This document shows, in pieces, positions 8,715 through 18,974 of a stretch of DNA of 64,000 nt (the stretch's first letter is position 1; every line of letters begins with the position of its first letter). Location: positions 1-64,000 of the IMG/VR virus record IMGVR_UViG_3300045988_122291. One strand, written 5' to 3'. The translations under genes were made by a program, and so were the position numbers. The stretch is from a virus. Below the pieces are notes generated by a model. The model did no database searches. It saw nothing but the letters and a program-made list of their open reading frames with translations, and was not told where the DNA came from.

Positions 8715-10547
8715 TTGGATAAAATTGTAAATTTTCAAATCGAAGAAGCATTACCCGAATGGTTGGAAGATTATTCCGAAGAAAAGTTTACGGTCTTTAA
8801 GACTTGTTTCTTGTCTACTTCGCGGAACTCTCATCATTTTGATATTTCCGAAGAAGTCCTCAAAAGGGACGCTTCAACGATTTTAGGAAATTTTCTTGTA
8901 GCAAAAGTGCAGTTTGGTGACGCTACTACACACCTACCTTCTGAAATTATTTACGGATATTTTCCAAAAGAACAAGAAGTTGAGTTTGAAGAAGTTGAAA
9001 TCAACAACGAAAAAATTGTTAAGGCGTGGGCGTACTGTGTAATTAGTAAACAGTATGGTCAAGAATTTAATGAGATTTTTGACGTACAAAATCTTCGTGA
9101 TACTTCTGTCGAAATGACCGTACAGATAAAGGATGACCAAGAAGAAGGCGAAGTGCTTTCTTTTAATATCTATGGTTTAACTTGTTTAGGTCTTTCTACT
9201 AACGGCAGTTGTCCTGACGCAATGATGACTATGGTTCGCTTTTCCGAAGAAGAAGCTACGAATTATTTTAATGAAGTGAATGGACAACATCTCACCGATT
9301 TAACTAAATTTGTGAATGAAAGGAAACGCGCTATGGCTGATAAATCTTATAAAGTAGATAAGTCCAAAGAAGCTATGTCAGACGATGATTGGGGTTCTGT
9401 TGACAAGACTTCAATGCGTAATAAGATTATGGATGCTTCTAATAAATCCAGTCTTGTAAAATCGGTTTACGCATTGGTTGAAAGTGGATGGGAAGAATCT
9501 CCATCCGAACACCTCAAATATCCAATTATGCAGTTAAAGGGCGACACGTTTGTTTATAATCGTGGTGCGCTATCTTCTGCGCTTGGATATGCTAAAAAAG
9601 AAGAAGAAACCACAGTAGTTTCTAAAATTGAAAAGATTTATAAGAAACTTGGTCTTGACTCCGAAGGAAAGGAGGAAAAGAAAATGTCTAAGGAAATTGA
9701 ATTTGCCGCTGTTGACATTGGCAACCTATGGAGCGCTCTGCGTTCTGTTATGAGTGACCATTCTTGGTACTATTACATTGATGGTATCTATGAAGAGGAT
9801 AATCAAAAGTTTGCTATTATTGTTGATGACAGCGATGTAATTAAGAAGTATCGTCTTGATTTTAATTATACAGAAGATGGTCTAACTGTCGCTGACGAAA
9901 TCACCGAAGTAAAGGTTGATTTTGTTCCTACTGAGAACATAAAGAAGTTTGCTGAACCAGAGAACGCCGAAGAAGTCAAAAAGTGCGCTGAGCCTGATAA
10001 AAAGGAAGGCGAAGATGGTGATGACGGCAAGGACGATAAGAAGAACGCAGACGATAAAGCTGAAGGTGATGATGGTGATGATGACGAAAAGAAGAAGCTG
10101 TCAGACCCAGAGCCAACAACAATGTCTGTAGAAGAAATGGAAAAGAAACTTGCTGAACTCCAAGCTGATGTTGAAGAAAAAGAAAACATCATTATGGAAA
10201 AGGATAAGAAGCTATCTGAGCAAGAAGCAGAACTTTCCGACCTTCGTGAGTTTAAGGCTGGCATTGAGAAGGAAGGTCTTTCTAAGAATGTTGAGCAGGT
10301 AATGGCAGACGTTAAGGACTTTATTGATAACACTAAGTTTGCCGAACTGCGCGAAGAAGGTCTTGCTTGTGATACTACCAATTTTGATGCGTGGTCTAAC
10401 AAGGTTAAGGCTACTTGCTTCTCTGCTATTCAGAAGAAGGGTCTAAAGAAGCAGACCAATACTGTTTGGTCTTTCTCTGCACCAACCGAAACTGAATCGA
10501 ATGTACCGACCGATTTTTGGTCACAAATGAAATCAAAATATAACTAA
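8715..10547 (+). CDS. putative scaffolding protein (possibly a protease-scaffold fusion)
   Basis: 610 aa, located between portal and capsid genes. Long acidic/lysine-rich coiled-coil C-terminal half (EGEDGDDGKDDKK..., LAELQADVEEKE...). Central LKYPIM...GALSSALGYA segment. No protease catalytic residues could be confirmed. Confidence 0.45.
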   Translation: MDKIVNFQIEEALPEWLEDYSEEKFTVFKTCFLSTSRNSHHFDISEEVLKRDASTILGNFLVAKVQFGDATTHLPSEIIYGYFPKEQEVEFEEVEINNEKIVKAWAYCVISKQYGQEFNEIFDVQNLRDTSVEMTVQIKDDQEEGEVLSFNIYGLTCLGLSTNGSCPDAMMTMVRFSEEEATNYFNEVNGQHLTDLTKFVNERKRAMADKSYKVDKSKEAMSDDDWGSVDKTSMRNKIMDASNKSSLVKSVYALVESGWEESPSEHLKYPIMQLKGDTFVYNRGALSSALGYAKKEEETTVVSKIEKIYKKLGLDSEGKEEKKMSKEIEFAAVDIGNLWSALRSVMSDHSWYYYIDGIYEEDNQKFAIIVDDSDVIKKYRLDFNYTEDGLTVADEITEVKVDFVPTENIKKFAEPENAEEVKKCAEPDKKEGEDGDDGKDDKKNADDKAEGDDGDDDEKKKLSDPEPTTMSVEEMEKKLAELQADVEEKENIIMEKDKKLSEQEAELSDLREFKAGIEKEGLSKNVEQVMADVKDFIDNTKFAELREEGLACDTTNFDAWSNKVKATCFSAIQKKGLKKQTNTVWSFSAPTETESNVPTDFWSQMKSKYN

Positions 10548-10567
10548 GTAAAGGAGATTAGATAATT

Positions 10568-11119
10568 ATGGCTATGAATCATGCTATTCTTGATGGTAGC
10601 TCTACCATGTACTGGGATAATGATGCTCTAAACATTGCTGGTGTTTGTACTACCACCGACCTCGATAATGGTCAGCTTGTTTCTCTAAAGAAGATTAACC
10701 GTGTTGAAAGCACTGGTGTAGTAGAAGGTTTTGAGTATGAGGTAACTCCTACTGAAGCTGGCGCTGACAATGTATGGATTGTTGCATCTCCAGAAGTGGG
10801 TTACGACCTTGAATCTCAGCTTCACGATGACCCGCGTTATTTCTTCAATCCAAAGGGTAAGGCAATGTCTGTCAAGGCTCTTATGGCTGGTGTAGATGTA
10901 ATTAAGGTAACTAAGGAAGTATTTACAGCTAATGCACTGCCTGTTGTTGGTGATATTGGCAAGTTTATTCCCGCTGACGCTAATGGTAAGTATGGTGCTG
11001 TACAGGCTTCTGCACCTGCTTCTGGCGCTTACTTCCGCGTAGAAGGCTTTGGTACTTTTACTTGTGGCATGAAAGAAGTACCTGCTGTATACCTTCGTTG
11101 TATGAAGAACTATCACTAA
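10568..11119 (+). CDS. putative capsid-associated (decoration-like) protein
   Basis: 183-aa ORF directly upstream of the capsid gene. It has the same codon bias as the other abundant structural genes. Positional call only. Confidence 0.4.
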   Translation: MAMNHAILDGSSTMYWDNDALNIAGVCTTTDLDNGQLVSLKKINRVESTGVVEGFEYEVTPTEAGADNVWIVASPEVGYDLESQLHDDPRYFFNPKGKAMSVKALMAGVDVIKVTKEVFTANALPVVGDIGKFIPADANGKYGAVQASAPASGAYFRVEGFGTFTCGMKEVPAVYLRCMKNYH

Positions 11120-11140
11120 TTGAAAGGAGAGTAGATATAT

Positions 11141-12187
11141 ATGATTATGAATCCTGAACTCGTAAAGTTTGCGGCTGATTCTCAGACTGGTTTCTATGAT
11201 GCCGCTATGCGCTATTTCTGCGATGGCGAAAAGACCGCAGATAATAAGGAACTAATGCACAAGGCTTTTCTGGCTGAAGTAGAGCATAAGTCTCACTTTG
11301 CTCGTGAAGGTCTTGATGTTAATGCTTGGATTGGCAACCCGTCTGTTTCTTGGGCGGCAATGAGCATTATTGACTCTACCATCCGTGCAATTATTCCTGT
11401 GACCATTCTACCACAGTTTAATCTATTTGCTGATTTCCGTACCCAAGGCTTTGGTGATATTACCAAGTTTACTATTCAGCCACGTTCTTTCTATGTTGTT
11501 TCTAAGGGCGGTCGTGCGGAACGCACTTCTTTCCGTCAAAGAAAGTTCAATTCTGATGTTACTCTGACCCCAGAAGAGCACATTATTACTATCTTTGAGA
11601 AGATGTATAATGTACTTTCTGGTCGTGTAAACATTGCTGACTTCATGGCATGGGTAATGCTGTCTGTTCAGACCGAGATGTACACTGACGCTCTGGTTGC
11701 TCTGAACGGTGGTCTTGCTACCATTCCAAACGGTTCTCTGAATGTAGACGGCGCATTTGATATGAAAACTCTTGTTAAGATGTGTGAAACCGTTCAGTAC
11801 CGTAATGGTGGTGTAAAGCCGATTATTGCTGGCTCTGCAACCGCTCTAATGAACGTACTACCAGATTCTACTTCTGGTTATCGTATAAACGTAGATGGTG
11901 AAGGCAATGGTTCTATCGAACTACTCCGCAATATTATGGGCTACACAGTAATGAAGCTGGATAATGCTGTTTCTAAGGCTGGTGAACTGATTCTGCCTGA
12001 TGACAAGATTTATGTTATTAGCCCATCTCAGGATAAGCTACTGAAGGGTGTAATGACCACAACCCTATCTAACTCTAACCAGTTCTATGACAATGCAGAC
12101 CTGACTACCAACTACACTCAACGTGTGGAATGGGGTTTCCTCTTTGCAACTTCTGCATACGCAGGTATTTACACTATCAACCAGTAA
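11141..12187 (+). CDS. putative major capsid protein
   Basis: 348 aa, follows the scaffold. Strong RBS (AAAGGAGAG). Pronounced gct/ggt/act/gtt codon bias suggesting high expression. No search possible. Confidence 0.55.
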   Translation: MIMNPELVKFAADSQTGFYDAAMRYFCDGEKTADNKELMHKAFLAEVEHKSHFAREGLDVNAWIGNPSVSWAAMSIIDSTIRAIIPVTILPQFNLFADFRTQGFGDITKFTIQPRSFYVVSKGGRAERTSFRQRKFNSDVTLTPEEHIITIFEKMYNVLSGRVNIADFMAWVMLSVQTEMYTDALVALNGGLATIPNGSLNVDGAFDMKTLVKMCETVQYRNGGVKPIIAGSATALMNVLPDSTSGYRINVDGEGNGSIELLRNIMGYTVMKLDNAVSKAGELILPDDKIYVISPSQDKLLKGVMTTTLSNSNQFYDNADLTTNYTQRVEWGFLFATSAYAGIYTINQ

Positions 12188-12231
12188 TAATTGGTAATCG
12201 AAATTAAAGGAACGAAAGGAAAATATAAAAA

Positions 12232-12867
12232 ATGGCTGAAACTAAGTCTACTGGGCGCGGTCGTCCAAAGAAGGTAGAATCTGCTGAAATCGAAGCGCAA
12301 GCACAGATGCAAAATGTAGAAGCTGAAAATGACGCACTAAAGAAGGAACTTGCAGACATTAAGGCTCAAATGCAACTGTTGATGAGTTCTATGACTGCGC
12401 CTTCTGTGTCAACTCCCGCTAAGAAAAATGAACGTCTTATTCGTATCGTTAATATGACTAATGGTATGGCAGTGCTTCGTGGTTCTACTATTTGGAAGAT
12501 TGATGGTCAGTTTAATTACCAAGATTTCTTGGAGACTGAAGCAAGTATTATTGTTGCCAATATGAGTAATATGGTACGTTCTGGCAGTATCTATATTGAT
12601 GATGAGCAGTTCCGTGCAGACCATAATCTAACGGACGTTTATCGTTATTTACTTAGCAAAGACCAATTACAACATCTACTGGATAACGACCCAAAGTATG
12701 CTATTGAAGCATATAAGGGCGCTAATGATAATCAGAAGCAGATTATTCTTGATATGATTTGTGATAAGTTGGATAAAGGACAAGAAGTTGATGGCAATAT
12801 TCTTATCACCTTGTCTAAGCTAAGTGGTAAGGACTTGTTTGAACTACAAAACGCCGAGGAGGAATAA
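12232..12867 (+). CDS. hypothetical protein with N-terminal AT-hook-like GRGRPKK and coiled coil
   Basis: 211-aa ORF. The GRGRPKK motif and an ENDALKKELADIKAQMQ heptad region are visible. Confidence 0.5.
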   Translation: MAETKSTGRGRPKKVESAEIEAQAQMQNVEAENDALKKELADIKAQMQLLMSSMTAPSVSTPAKKNERLIRIVNMTNGMAVLRGSTIWKIDGQFNYQDFLETEASIIVANMSNMVRSGSIYIDDEQFRADHNLTDVYRYLLSKDQLQHLLDNDPKYAIEAYKGANDNQKQIILDMICDKLDKGQEVDGNILITLSKLSGKDLFELQNAEEE

Positions 12868-12870
12868 CCA

Positions 12871-13308
12871 ATGGGTACTCCTTTCGACCGTGTAGAAGAT
12901 TTGGCTACACGAAAAGTACATGATTGGAAACTTGGCAAAATTTACAATCAGTCACTTGACGGTTACAATGCTTGGTGCGACGGCTTTCTGCTAAATGCTA
13001 TTCCAAACTTTGTCAACGATTGTTGGCAAAGTTTGGAATACAATGAAGAAACTCGTGAGTTTGTATCTGACCTTACGCCTACTGAGATTGATATTCTTGC
13101 TTGCTTTTGGGTACTTGAATGGTGGGAACGCGAAACAAATGATTCGGCGCAAAACGCCGCAAAAATGCAAACATCTTCGTTTAGTACACATTCTCCTGCA
13201 CAGCATATGAAGGAAGAACAAGTGATTATCAATACAAAGCGTGAATCAGCATATCAGAAAATCAATGATTATCTGGTGCAAGACCTTGATAAGATTGGAG
13301 GTCTATAA
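12871..13308 (+). CDS. hypothetical head-tail joining module protein
   Basis: 145-aa ORF, tightly packed in the operon. Positional call only. Confidence 0.4.
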   Translation: MGTPFDRVEDLATRKVHDWKLGKIYNQSLDGYNAWCDGFLLNAIPNFVNDCWQSLEYNEETREFVSDLTPTEIDILACFWVLEWWERETNDSAQNAAKMQTSSFSTHSPAQHMKEEQVIINTKRESAYQKINDYLVQDLDKIGGL

Positions 13309-13556
13309 TGGATAGAATTGATGAAATCTTCAATGTGCTTGTTCAATATGAAAAGGCAATTGATGATAATGATACTTCTGCTACGCTGGATTCTTACCTT
13401 AGTTATATAGATAAGCTATATGTACGGTATTTTGGTCAGAACCATAGCGATATTAGCGCTTATCTAAAAGGATTGTATTTATTGGGTGCAGACGCACACC
13501 ATGATACTGTAAAACGAGTAGTGTTTGATATTATCCATATTCTTGAAAAGGAGTGA
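13308..13556 (+). CDS. hypothetical small protein
   Basis: 82-aa ORF; start overlaps the upstream stop (TAATG). Confidence 0.4.
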   Translation: MDRIDEIFNVLVQYEKAIDDNDTSATLDSYLSYIDKLYVRYFGQNHSDISAYLKGLYLLGADAHHDTVKRVVFDIIHILEKE

Positions 13557-13560
13557 GCCA

Positions 13561-14829
13561 ATGGCTAACAAATTTTTTGAGAATGAAATGATTATGGGTA
13601 TGTGTATGACTCCTAATGATGCGTATAGAGGAATACAACAAGCCTTTATTGATGACCAATGGGAGAATACCGCTGTTGAAACTGTTGTAGAAGAACAAGA
13701 TTACATTGGTGCAAACACTTATCATAAGGTTCATGTGTGGATGAGTAAGGTTATTGGCACTACGACCACTTTTATGAAGAATGGTACAGATTATCGTTCG
13801 CTAATGTACAGAGAGTTAGATTACTTTCCAGAACGCGGTACTTATTTTAAGTACGATAATAATTACTGGATTTCTGATTTCGTAAATCCTTCTGATGGTG
13901 TAGTGGGTGGTAATACTATTCGCCGTTGCACTAACTTTCTCAGAATTATTGACCCAGAAAACGGCTCAATCTTTACTGTTCCATGTGTGCTTGATTACGA
14001 TATGACTTCACCTTCGGTGCAAGTATCAAATGCCATTATTACGCCAAATAACCATGCGATTGTTATTGTTCAAGCTAATCCAGATACTATGCGTTTGTTT
14101 ACATATAATAAACGTTTTATTATTGGTGGGCGTGCGTTCAAATTAACCGCATATCAAAATGCGCTAATGGCAAATGTAGAAGAAAAAGAACCGACTATTC
14201 TTTATCTTGATTTGTCACTTGATGAATTGCATGATGGTGATGATTTGGTACATCAAGTAGCTAACAACGGTATTTATGATTATGCTGTAGTTCTAAATCA
14301 TTCTGACTTCACTATTCCTGATACCACAGAGTCGCTTGATATTGTGGCTTGTGTTACTCTTAACGGTGAACAAGTCGATAGACCTGTTGTGTGGAGTTCA
14401 AGCGATACTGCTGTTATTGTAGCCAATGGTGAAAAATTACAAGTTGTCGGGAAAGGTGTAACCACTATTAAGGCACGGCTTAAAGGTAATTATGATGTTT
14501 ACACCGAAATTAAAGTTACAGTTGCCGATAAGCAAGAGATTGTTCCGGTTGTAACAATGGAAAACGCATTCGATAGTATTAGGCAGTTTGAAGTTAAGCA
14601 CGCACAATTTAGTGTAAATGGCGAAAAGCTAACTAATCTTGTATGTATATTGGATAAGGGTGTGACCAATAATAAGGTCTTGCGTCTATCCAGTGATGGG
14701 ACAACTATGACTATTGAATGTATCAATCCATCAAAAAACATACAAACATTGTATGTTGAAGGTGATACAGAAAGCTATGGTCATGTATCAGCACAATTTA
14801 ATATTAAAGCACTCAGTATGATGGGGTAA
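13561..14829 (+). CDS. structural protein with Ig-like (Big_2-type) domain
   Basis: Start moved to the ATG 5 nt after AAAGGAGTGAG. C-terminal half has VVWSSSDTAVIVANGEKLQVVGKGVTTIKARLKGNYDVYTEIKVTV, typical of bacterial Ig-like group 2 domains. Confidence 0.55.
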   Translation: MANKFFENEMIMGMCMTPNDAYRGIQQAFIDDQWENTAVETVVEEQDYIGANTYHKVHVWMSKVIGTTTTFMKNGTDYRSLMYRELDYFPERGTYFKYDNNYWISDFVNPSDGVVGGNTIRRCTNFLRIIDPENGSIFTVPCVLDYDMTSPSVQVSNAIITPNNHAIVIVQANPDTMRLFTYNKRFIIGGRAFKLTAYQNALMANVEEKEPTILYLDLSLDELHDGDDLVHQVANNGIYDYAVVLNHSDFTIPDTTESLDIVACVTLNGEQVDRPVVWSSSDTAVIVANGEKLQVVGKGVTTIKARLKGNYDVYTEIKVTVADKQEIVPVVTMENAFDSIRQFEVKHAQFSVNGEKLTNLVCILDKGVTNNKVLRLSSDGTTMTIECINPSKNIQTLYVEGDTESYGHVSAQFNIKALSMMG

Positions 14830-14838
14830 GGTGATAAT

Positions 14839-15405
14839 ATGTATAACAGTATGAAAGCGTTACCTCAAATTCCATATAACATTCTAACTTATTTAGCAAA
14901 AAATGATGAAATTATCTGGAAATTGTTAAAGTATAATAGTTACGATGCTTTAAGCAAACCAGACCTCACTTTTGCAGAAAAGTTAGACCTTATTTGGAAA
15001 ACTGGGGCGCAAGCAGATTATGGCATTTTTCTTACCCCCCTTGTTGAAGATGTCATAGCCGAAAGCAAGTGCATCTTGAAAATTTATGATTATTATATTC
15101 ATGCCAAAGAGTTGTATGTGGCAACACCAGTATATGCGTTTGACTTTCTATATGGTGGTCAAATGGCTTTGGTAGAATATGAGAATATTCCCGTATCTCG
15201 CGGAGATTTGTTTATTCATCGTGCTATGGCTGTACTTAATGGTGCATATGTAGCGGGTATTGGTAAATTAACTTTTAGTGATGATATGTCAAGATACAAT
15301 CTTGCCCGAAGCACCATAGGGAATAGTAAAACATTTACAGGCGTTCAACTTTATATGAGTACGCTTGTGGGCGATTCTGGTAAGGATGTTGCTTGTGGCG
15401 ATTGA
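14839..15405 (+). CDS. hypothetical tail/neck module protein
   Basis: 188-aa ORF in operon context. Confidence 0.45.
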   Translation: MYNSMKALPQIPYNILTYLAKNDEIIWKLLKYNSYDALSKPDLTFAEKLDLIWKTGAQADYGIFLTPLVEDVIAESKCILKIYDYYIHAKELYVATPVYAFDFLYGGQMALVEYENIPVSRGDLFIHRAMAVLNGAYVAGIGKLTFSDDMSRYNLARSTIGNSKTFTGVQLYMSTLVGDSGKDVACGD

Positions 15406-16228
15406 TTTACAATACCTCAAAGAAGTATATTTTGCTTACGATGAACCAGTCCCCTATAAATGTAAGGGGGGTAACACTATTAACATTATTCCTGTTGATG
15501 TAAAACATGGGCTTGTTTTTCAATCCAGTGTTGACATTATAGCATTTGACAAAAACAGTGTCAATGATGCAAAGATAATTTCTATGAGTTATCTTGAGTT
15601 TATTATTGGTATGATGGCTGAAGCGCCAGTTTTTGTTCAAAAGCTGGTTAATATTTTGAAACTTTGTTTGGGATTAGAGCATCCTGCGATAACTTTTAAC
15701 GAACAAACTAACAAACCGTTAATAGTGGATGAAGAAGCAGGAATAAAAATTACTCATAAGGAATTTGAAGATATTCGGAGAATTATTCTCTATCAGAATA
15801 TTCCAAAATATGATGATGAGTATATTAACCCAGACTTGAAAAAAGCAATGGAAGAAACTGATAGGCTAAGAAACAAAGATATTGATATGCCGACTTTTGA
15901 GCGAAAGTGTGCAATTATTACGGCTCATTGTGGTTTATCCAAGAAAGAACAGCTTGAGATGACGTTGCGTTCCCATATTATGCTTTTTGACGAAGTTTGT
16001 GGTGAAATTGAATTTACAACGGTTCGTCCCGTGGCACTTTTTGGTGGTAAGGGTAACGAACTTGAACATTGGATTTACCATAAAAAGAAGGGTAAGTTCG
16101 ATGGATATATTACAGAGAAAAACCAACTTGTTAAGCAGATGGGTGGCGAAGGTAGCTTTACCAATACATCTACTGATACGAGCCGTGGCGATTCTCTGGA
16201 ACAACTATTTATACAAGGAGGAAATTAA
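15386..16228 (+). CDS. hypothetical tail module protein
   Basis: ORF-track start 15365 (TTG) has no RBS. ATG 15386 is more plausible, but the start remains uncertain. Confidence 0.45.
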   Translation: MLLVAIDLQYLKEVYFAYDEPVPYKCKGGNTINIIPVDVKHGLVFQSSVDIIAFDKNSVNDAKIISMSYLEFIIGMMAEAPVFVQKLVNILKLCLGLEHPAITFNEQTNKPLIVDEEAGIKITHKEFEDIRRIILYQNIPKYDDEYINPDLKKAMEETDRLRNKDIDMPTFERKCAIITAHCGLSKKEQLEMTLRSHIMLFDEVCGEIEFTTVRPVALFGGKGNELEHWIYHKKKGKFDGYITEKNQLVKQMGGEGSFTNTSTDTSRGDSLEQLFIQGGN

Positions 16229-16231
16229 AGT

Positions 16232-16873
16232 ATGGCTTCTGCTAATATTTTCACCGCTGGCCCTGCTCGTGCGCTGTTTTTCTACGGTCAGGACTTGATT
16301 GGTGTTGGTACTACTCTAAGTGATACCACTTTCGATTCTTCTATCACCGCCGAGGAAGTACGCGGTGGTCAGGGCAACCTGCTCTACGGTCAATACTTCC
16401 ATGATTCTTCACTGACTGTTTCTATCACAGACGCAATGTTTAACCTTCAGTACGTTGCCGCAAACCTTGGTGTAAACCTCGAACAAGGTGGCATTTCTGT
16501 AACTGAAGAAGAGGTTGTTGTTGGCGCAGTTGGTGGCGCAGTAACACTAACTAACAAGCCAATCGCTTTCTCTGGTTCTTATATCGGTTGGTATAAGAAG
16601 CCTTCTGACGCTGACTGGTCTATCGGCACTATTGACGCTGACCAGAAGAAGATGAATATCGGTGGCGCAAAGGAAAACGAACATTATTGTGTTAAGTATT
16701 TCTATCAGAATGAGAACGCTAAGTCTATTACTATTAAGGCTCAGTTTGTTCCAAAGGTACTGCACCTTGTTCTGATTAACGACTTGTTCTCTGGTTCTAC
16801 CGCTGATGTAGCGGCTTCTACTGCTAAGTATGGTCGTCTAATTACTGATATTCCTCAGTTCCAGCTCGATGGT
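16232..16873 (+). CDS. major tail protein, exon 1
   Basis: 214 codons, strong structural-gene codon bias, located upstream of the tape measure. The frame stops 8 codons after the predicted 5' splice site (U16873). Confidence 0.6.
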
Positions 16874-17098
16874 AAAATTTTCAAGCGGTGTGCTTGAAAA
16901 TAACGCCACTTATATCAGGTGACTGGTATAAGCTCTGTGTTAAATGCTTTGAATCCCTAAAGCCTACAAAACTCAAACAGTAATTGGAAACGATAAGCTG
17001 TGTAGTTACGAAAGTAGAAAAAATTTGTAGGATATTCATAAGGTTAAATCCTAAGTGAATGTAAATGGGTCTTTAGCAGAGAAAGCCCTAAGTACATA

Positions 17099-17127
17099 TT
17101 GATTATTATTATAATATATAGTATAAT
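17099..17127 (+). promoter_or_regulatory. sigma-70-type promoter inside the intron (TTGATT-17-TATAAT)
   Basis: TTGATT 17099-17104, 17-nt spacer, TATAAT 17122-17127. Located about 100 nt upstream of the intron ORF. Confidence 0.4.
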
Positions 17128-17230
17128 ATGTATATGGGAGACTCCCAACGACTACTTCCTTGTGGGAAGGTAAGCCCAAGTGGGCTGAAAAATACAGCAC
17201 TTAATTATTCAAAAAAATATAAAAAAGAAG

Positions 17231-18073
17231 GTGATTATAATATTTGACGAAAATCAGCTTGTAGAAGTACGATGGAACTCTAATAATGTTAAGCATTTTA
17301 CTGCTTTAGGATATGAATTTACTAAACGCGGGGATACTTTTCAGGTTTTTGCGAAAGAGTTGCAAAATAGCAGTAGTTCTAAAGTAAAGTGTATTTGTGA
17401 TTATTGCGGACAAGAATTTATTACAAATTATGCTTTTTATAGAAAGAGCGTTAAACGTGGTAAATTAAGTTGTAAAAATTGCAAAAACAAGAAAATTGAA
17501 GATACCTTTATGCAAAAATATAGTGTAAAATCTGTTGGCGCTTCTGCGATTTGTCAAGAACGTGCAAAAGATACTATTGAGTGGCTTTACGGAAGTAGAT
17601 ATGCTATGCAAACTGAGCAAGGGCAAAAGCATTTCAAAGAAACCATGAAAGAACGATATGGTCATGAAAACCCTACATATTGTCCTGAGTTGGTTGAAAA
17701 AGCGCGACAGTCTATGTACGCAAATGGTACAGTTCTTTCTTCTAAGCCAGAACGTAAAATGGTTGAAATGTTAAAAGAATTGTATGGCGAACAAAATTGC
17801 ATACCTAATTTTCCAGTTGGAAACACCAATCTTGATTGTTTGCTAACGATTGGCGATATTAAGATTGACGTTGAATATGATGGAATTTATTGGCATAAAG
17901 ACAGAAAAGATTACGACCGCAAAAGGAATCATTGGCTTATAAGTCAGGGTTATAAAGTAATCAGAATTTTAGGCAATAATAGAAATACATTGCCTACACT
18001 TGAAAGACTTAAAGAAGAAGTAGATTATGTGCTGAATAATCACTCTTTAGGTTATATTGATATGAATAATTAA
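17231..18073 (+). CDS. intron-encoded Vsr/DUF559-like (PD-(D/E)XK) putative homing endonuclease
   Basis: C-terminal LDCLL...IKIDVEYDGIYWH...DRKRNHWLISQGYKVIRI matches the D...(E/D)xDGxxxH...D..R...L...G..V.R pattern of Vsr/DUF559 nucleases. Zinc-ribbon CDYCG...CKNC in the N-terminal part. The GTG start is uncertain. Confidence 0.6.
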   Translation: MIIIFDENQLVEVRWNSNNVKHFTALGYEFTKRGDTFQVFAKELQNSSSSKVKCICDYCGQEFITNYAFYRKSVKRGKLSCKNCKNKKIEDTFMQKYSVKSVGASAICQERAKDTIEWLYGSRYAMQTEQGQKHFKETMKERYGHENPTYCPELVEKARQSMYANGTVLSSKPERKMVEMLKELYGEQNCIPNFPVGNTNLDCLLTIGDIKIDVEYDGIYWHKDRKDYDRKRNHWLISQGYKVIRILGNNRNTLPTLERLKEEVDYVLNNHSLGYIDMNN

Positions 18074-18173
18074 GTTGAACATATAGTCTGCTCTCATGTG
18101 AAAGCATGAGCAGTTCATAAAAGAACGGCATAGAATTAACGACTCTATGTGAACATTAGGCGCACAAAATTTG

Positions 18174-18602
18174 GCATGGGCGGCAGCTTCTGCGGCAACT
18201 GTTTCCCTGTCTGGTAAGGCACTGGCATATGCTGATACCGAATCTTGCGAAGTAGACCCGGTATATGGCACTATGACTCAGGAAATTTTTGGCTCTAAGT
18301 GGCAAGATGATGTTGTGGCACTCGCTTGCGAGAACGCTGACCTTGATGTTGCTACTTCTGGTACTGATACTCTAATTGTTCGCGCAGTATTTGGTGGCGC
18401 AATTGCTTCTCAGCGTAAGGATAATTCTAACTTTACTTTCGCTGTTGTAGATGCTCCTGCTTCTACTGCAACTGGTACTACTGTTGGTGCTAATACTGGC
18501 ATTGTAACTGCTGGTACTCAAGCTGGTACTGCTGTAATTTCTATTACACTCACTGGCTATGCGAACGTACCGCCCGCATACGCTACCGTAACTGTTGGTT
18601 AA
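18174..18602 (+). CDS. major tail protein, exon 2 (includes C-terminal Ig-like domain)
   Basis: No independent RBS. The C-terminus TFAVVDAPAST...GTAVISITLTGYANVPPAYATVTV looks like the Ig-like extension common on siphovirus major tail proteins. The joined product is about 356 aa. Confidence 0.6.
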   Translation, partial: AWAAASAATVSLSGKALAYADTESCEVDPVYGTMTQEIFGSKWQDDVVALACENADLDVATSGTDTLIVRAVFGGAIASQRKDNSNFTFAVVDAPASTATGTTVGANTGIVTAGTQAGTAVISITLTGYANVPPAYATVTVG

Positions 18603-18609
18603 TCTGAAT

Positions 18610-18644
18610 AGGGAGGAAGGTTATTCCTTTCTCCCTATTTTTTT
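18610..18644 (+). terminator. Rho-independent terminator
   Basis: AGGGAGGAAGG-ttatt-CCTTTCTCCCT (11 bp, one G-U) followed by T7. Confidence 0.75.
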
Positions 18645-18662
18645 ATAACAGGAGGTAACATT

Positions 18663-18959
18663 ATGTGTGAATATACTAATGGTAATTTGTGCAAAGTTAC
18701 CAATTCTGTTTGTCCTTATATGATGTACTGCGAAAAAATTCAAGGATATAAGCCGTCAAGATATATGCCTGACGATTGTCCGCAAAAGATAAAAGCCAAA
18801 ATTCCTGCTGGCTATCGCAGAGTTATTCAAGAACGAAAAGGCAAACTTTATATTGAAATTGGAGAACAAGCAGTTATTGTTCCAAATCCTTTTGACCACG
18901 TTCCACTTTATGTTAAAGCGACAAAATTGAAAAATGGAACATGGCGATTAAAGGAATGA
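18663..18959 (+). CDS. hypothetical Cys-rich small protein
   Basis: 98-aa ORF with RBS AGGAGG. Cysteines are clustered at the N-terminus. Confidence 0.45.
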   Translation: MCEYTNGNLCKVTNSVCPYMMYCEKIQGYKPSRYMPDDCPQKIKAKIPAGYRRVIQERKGKLYIEIGEQAVIVPNPFDHVPLYVKATKLKNGTWRLKE

Positions 18960-18974
18960 TGGGAGGGTTGCTAA

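Larger units (their letters stand above)
16874..18173 (+). mobile_element. group I-like intron in the major tail gene carrying a PD-(D/E)XK-type endonuclease
   Basis: A 1,300-nt insert. The exon ends in U and the insert ends in G. Joining gives ...FQLDG|AWAAASAATVSL... About 350 nt of structured RNA lies before the ORF and 100 nt after it (CATG-TGAAAG-CATG hairpin). It contains the TAAGG..AAAT..CCTAAG..TGAATG block seen in the other introns. Alternative junctions within about 13 nt are possible. Confidence 0.6.

Noticed and set aside
9866-10402. 178-aa Ser-rich antisense ORF in the scaffold gene
   Set aside because: It is the mirror image of the acidic/lysine repeat region (GAA/GAT/AAG read backwards give Ser/Phe codons). 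No start context.
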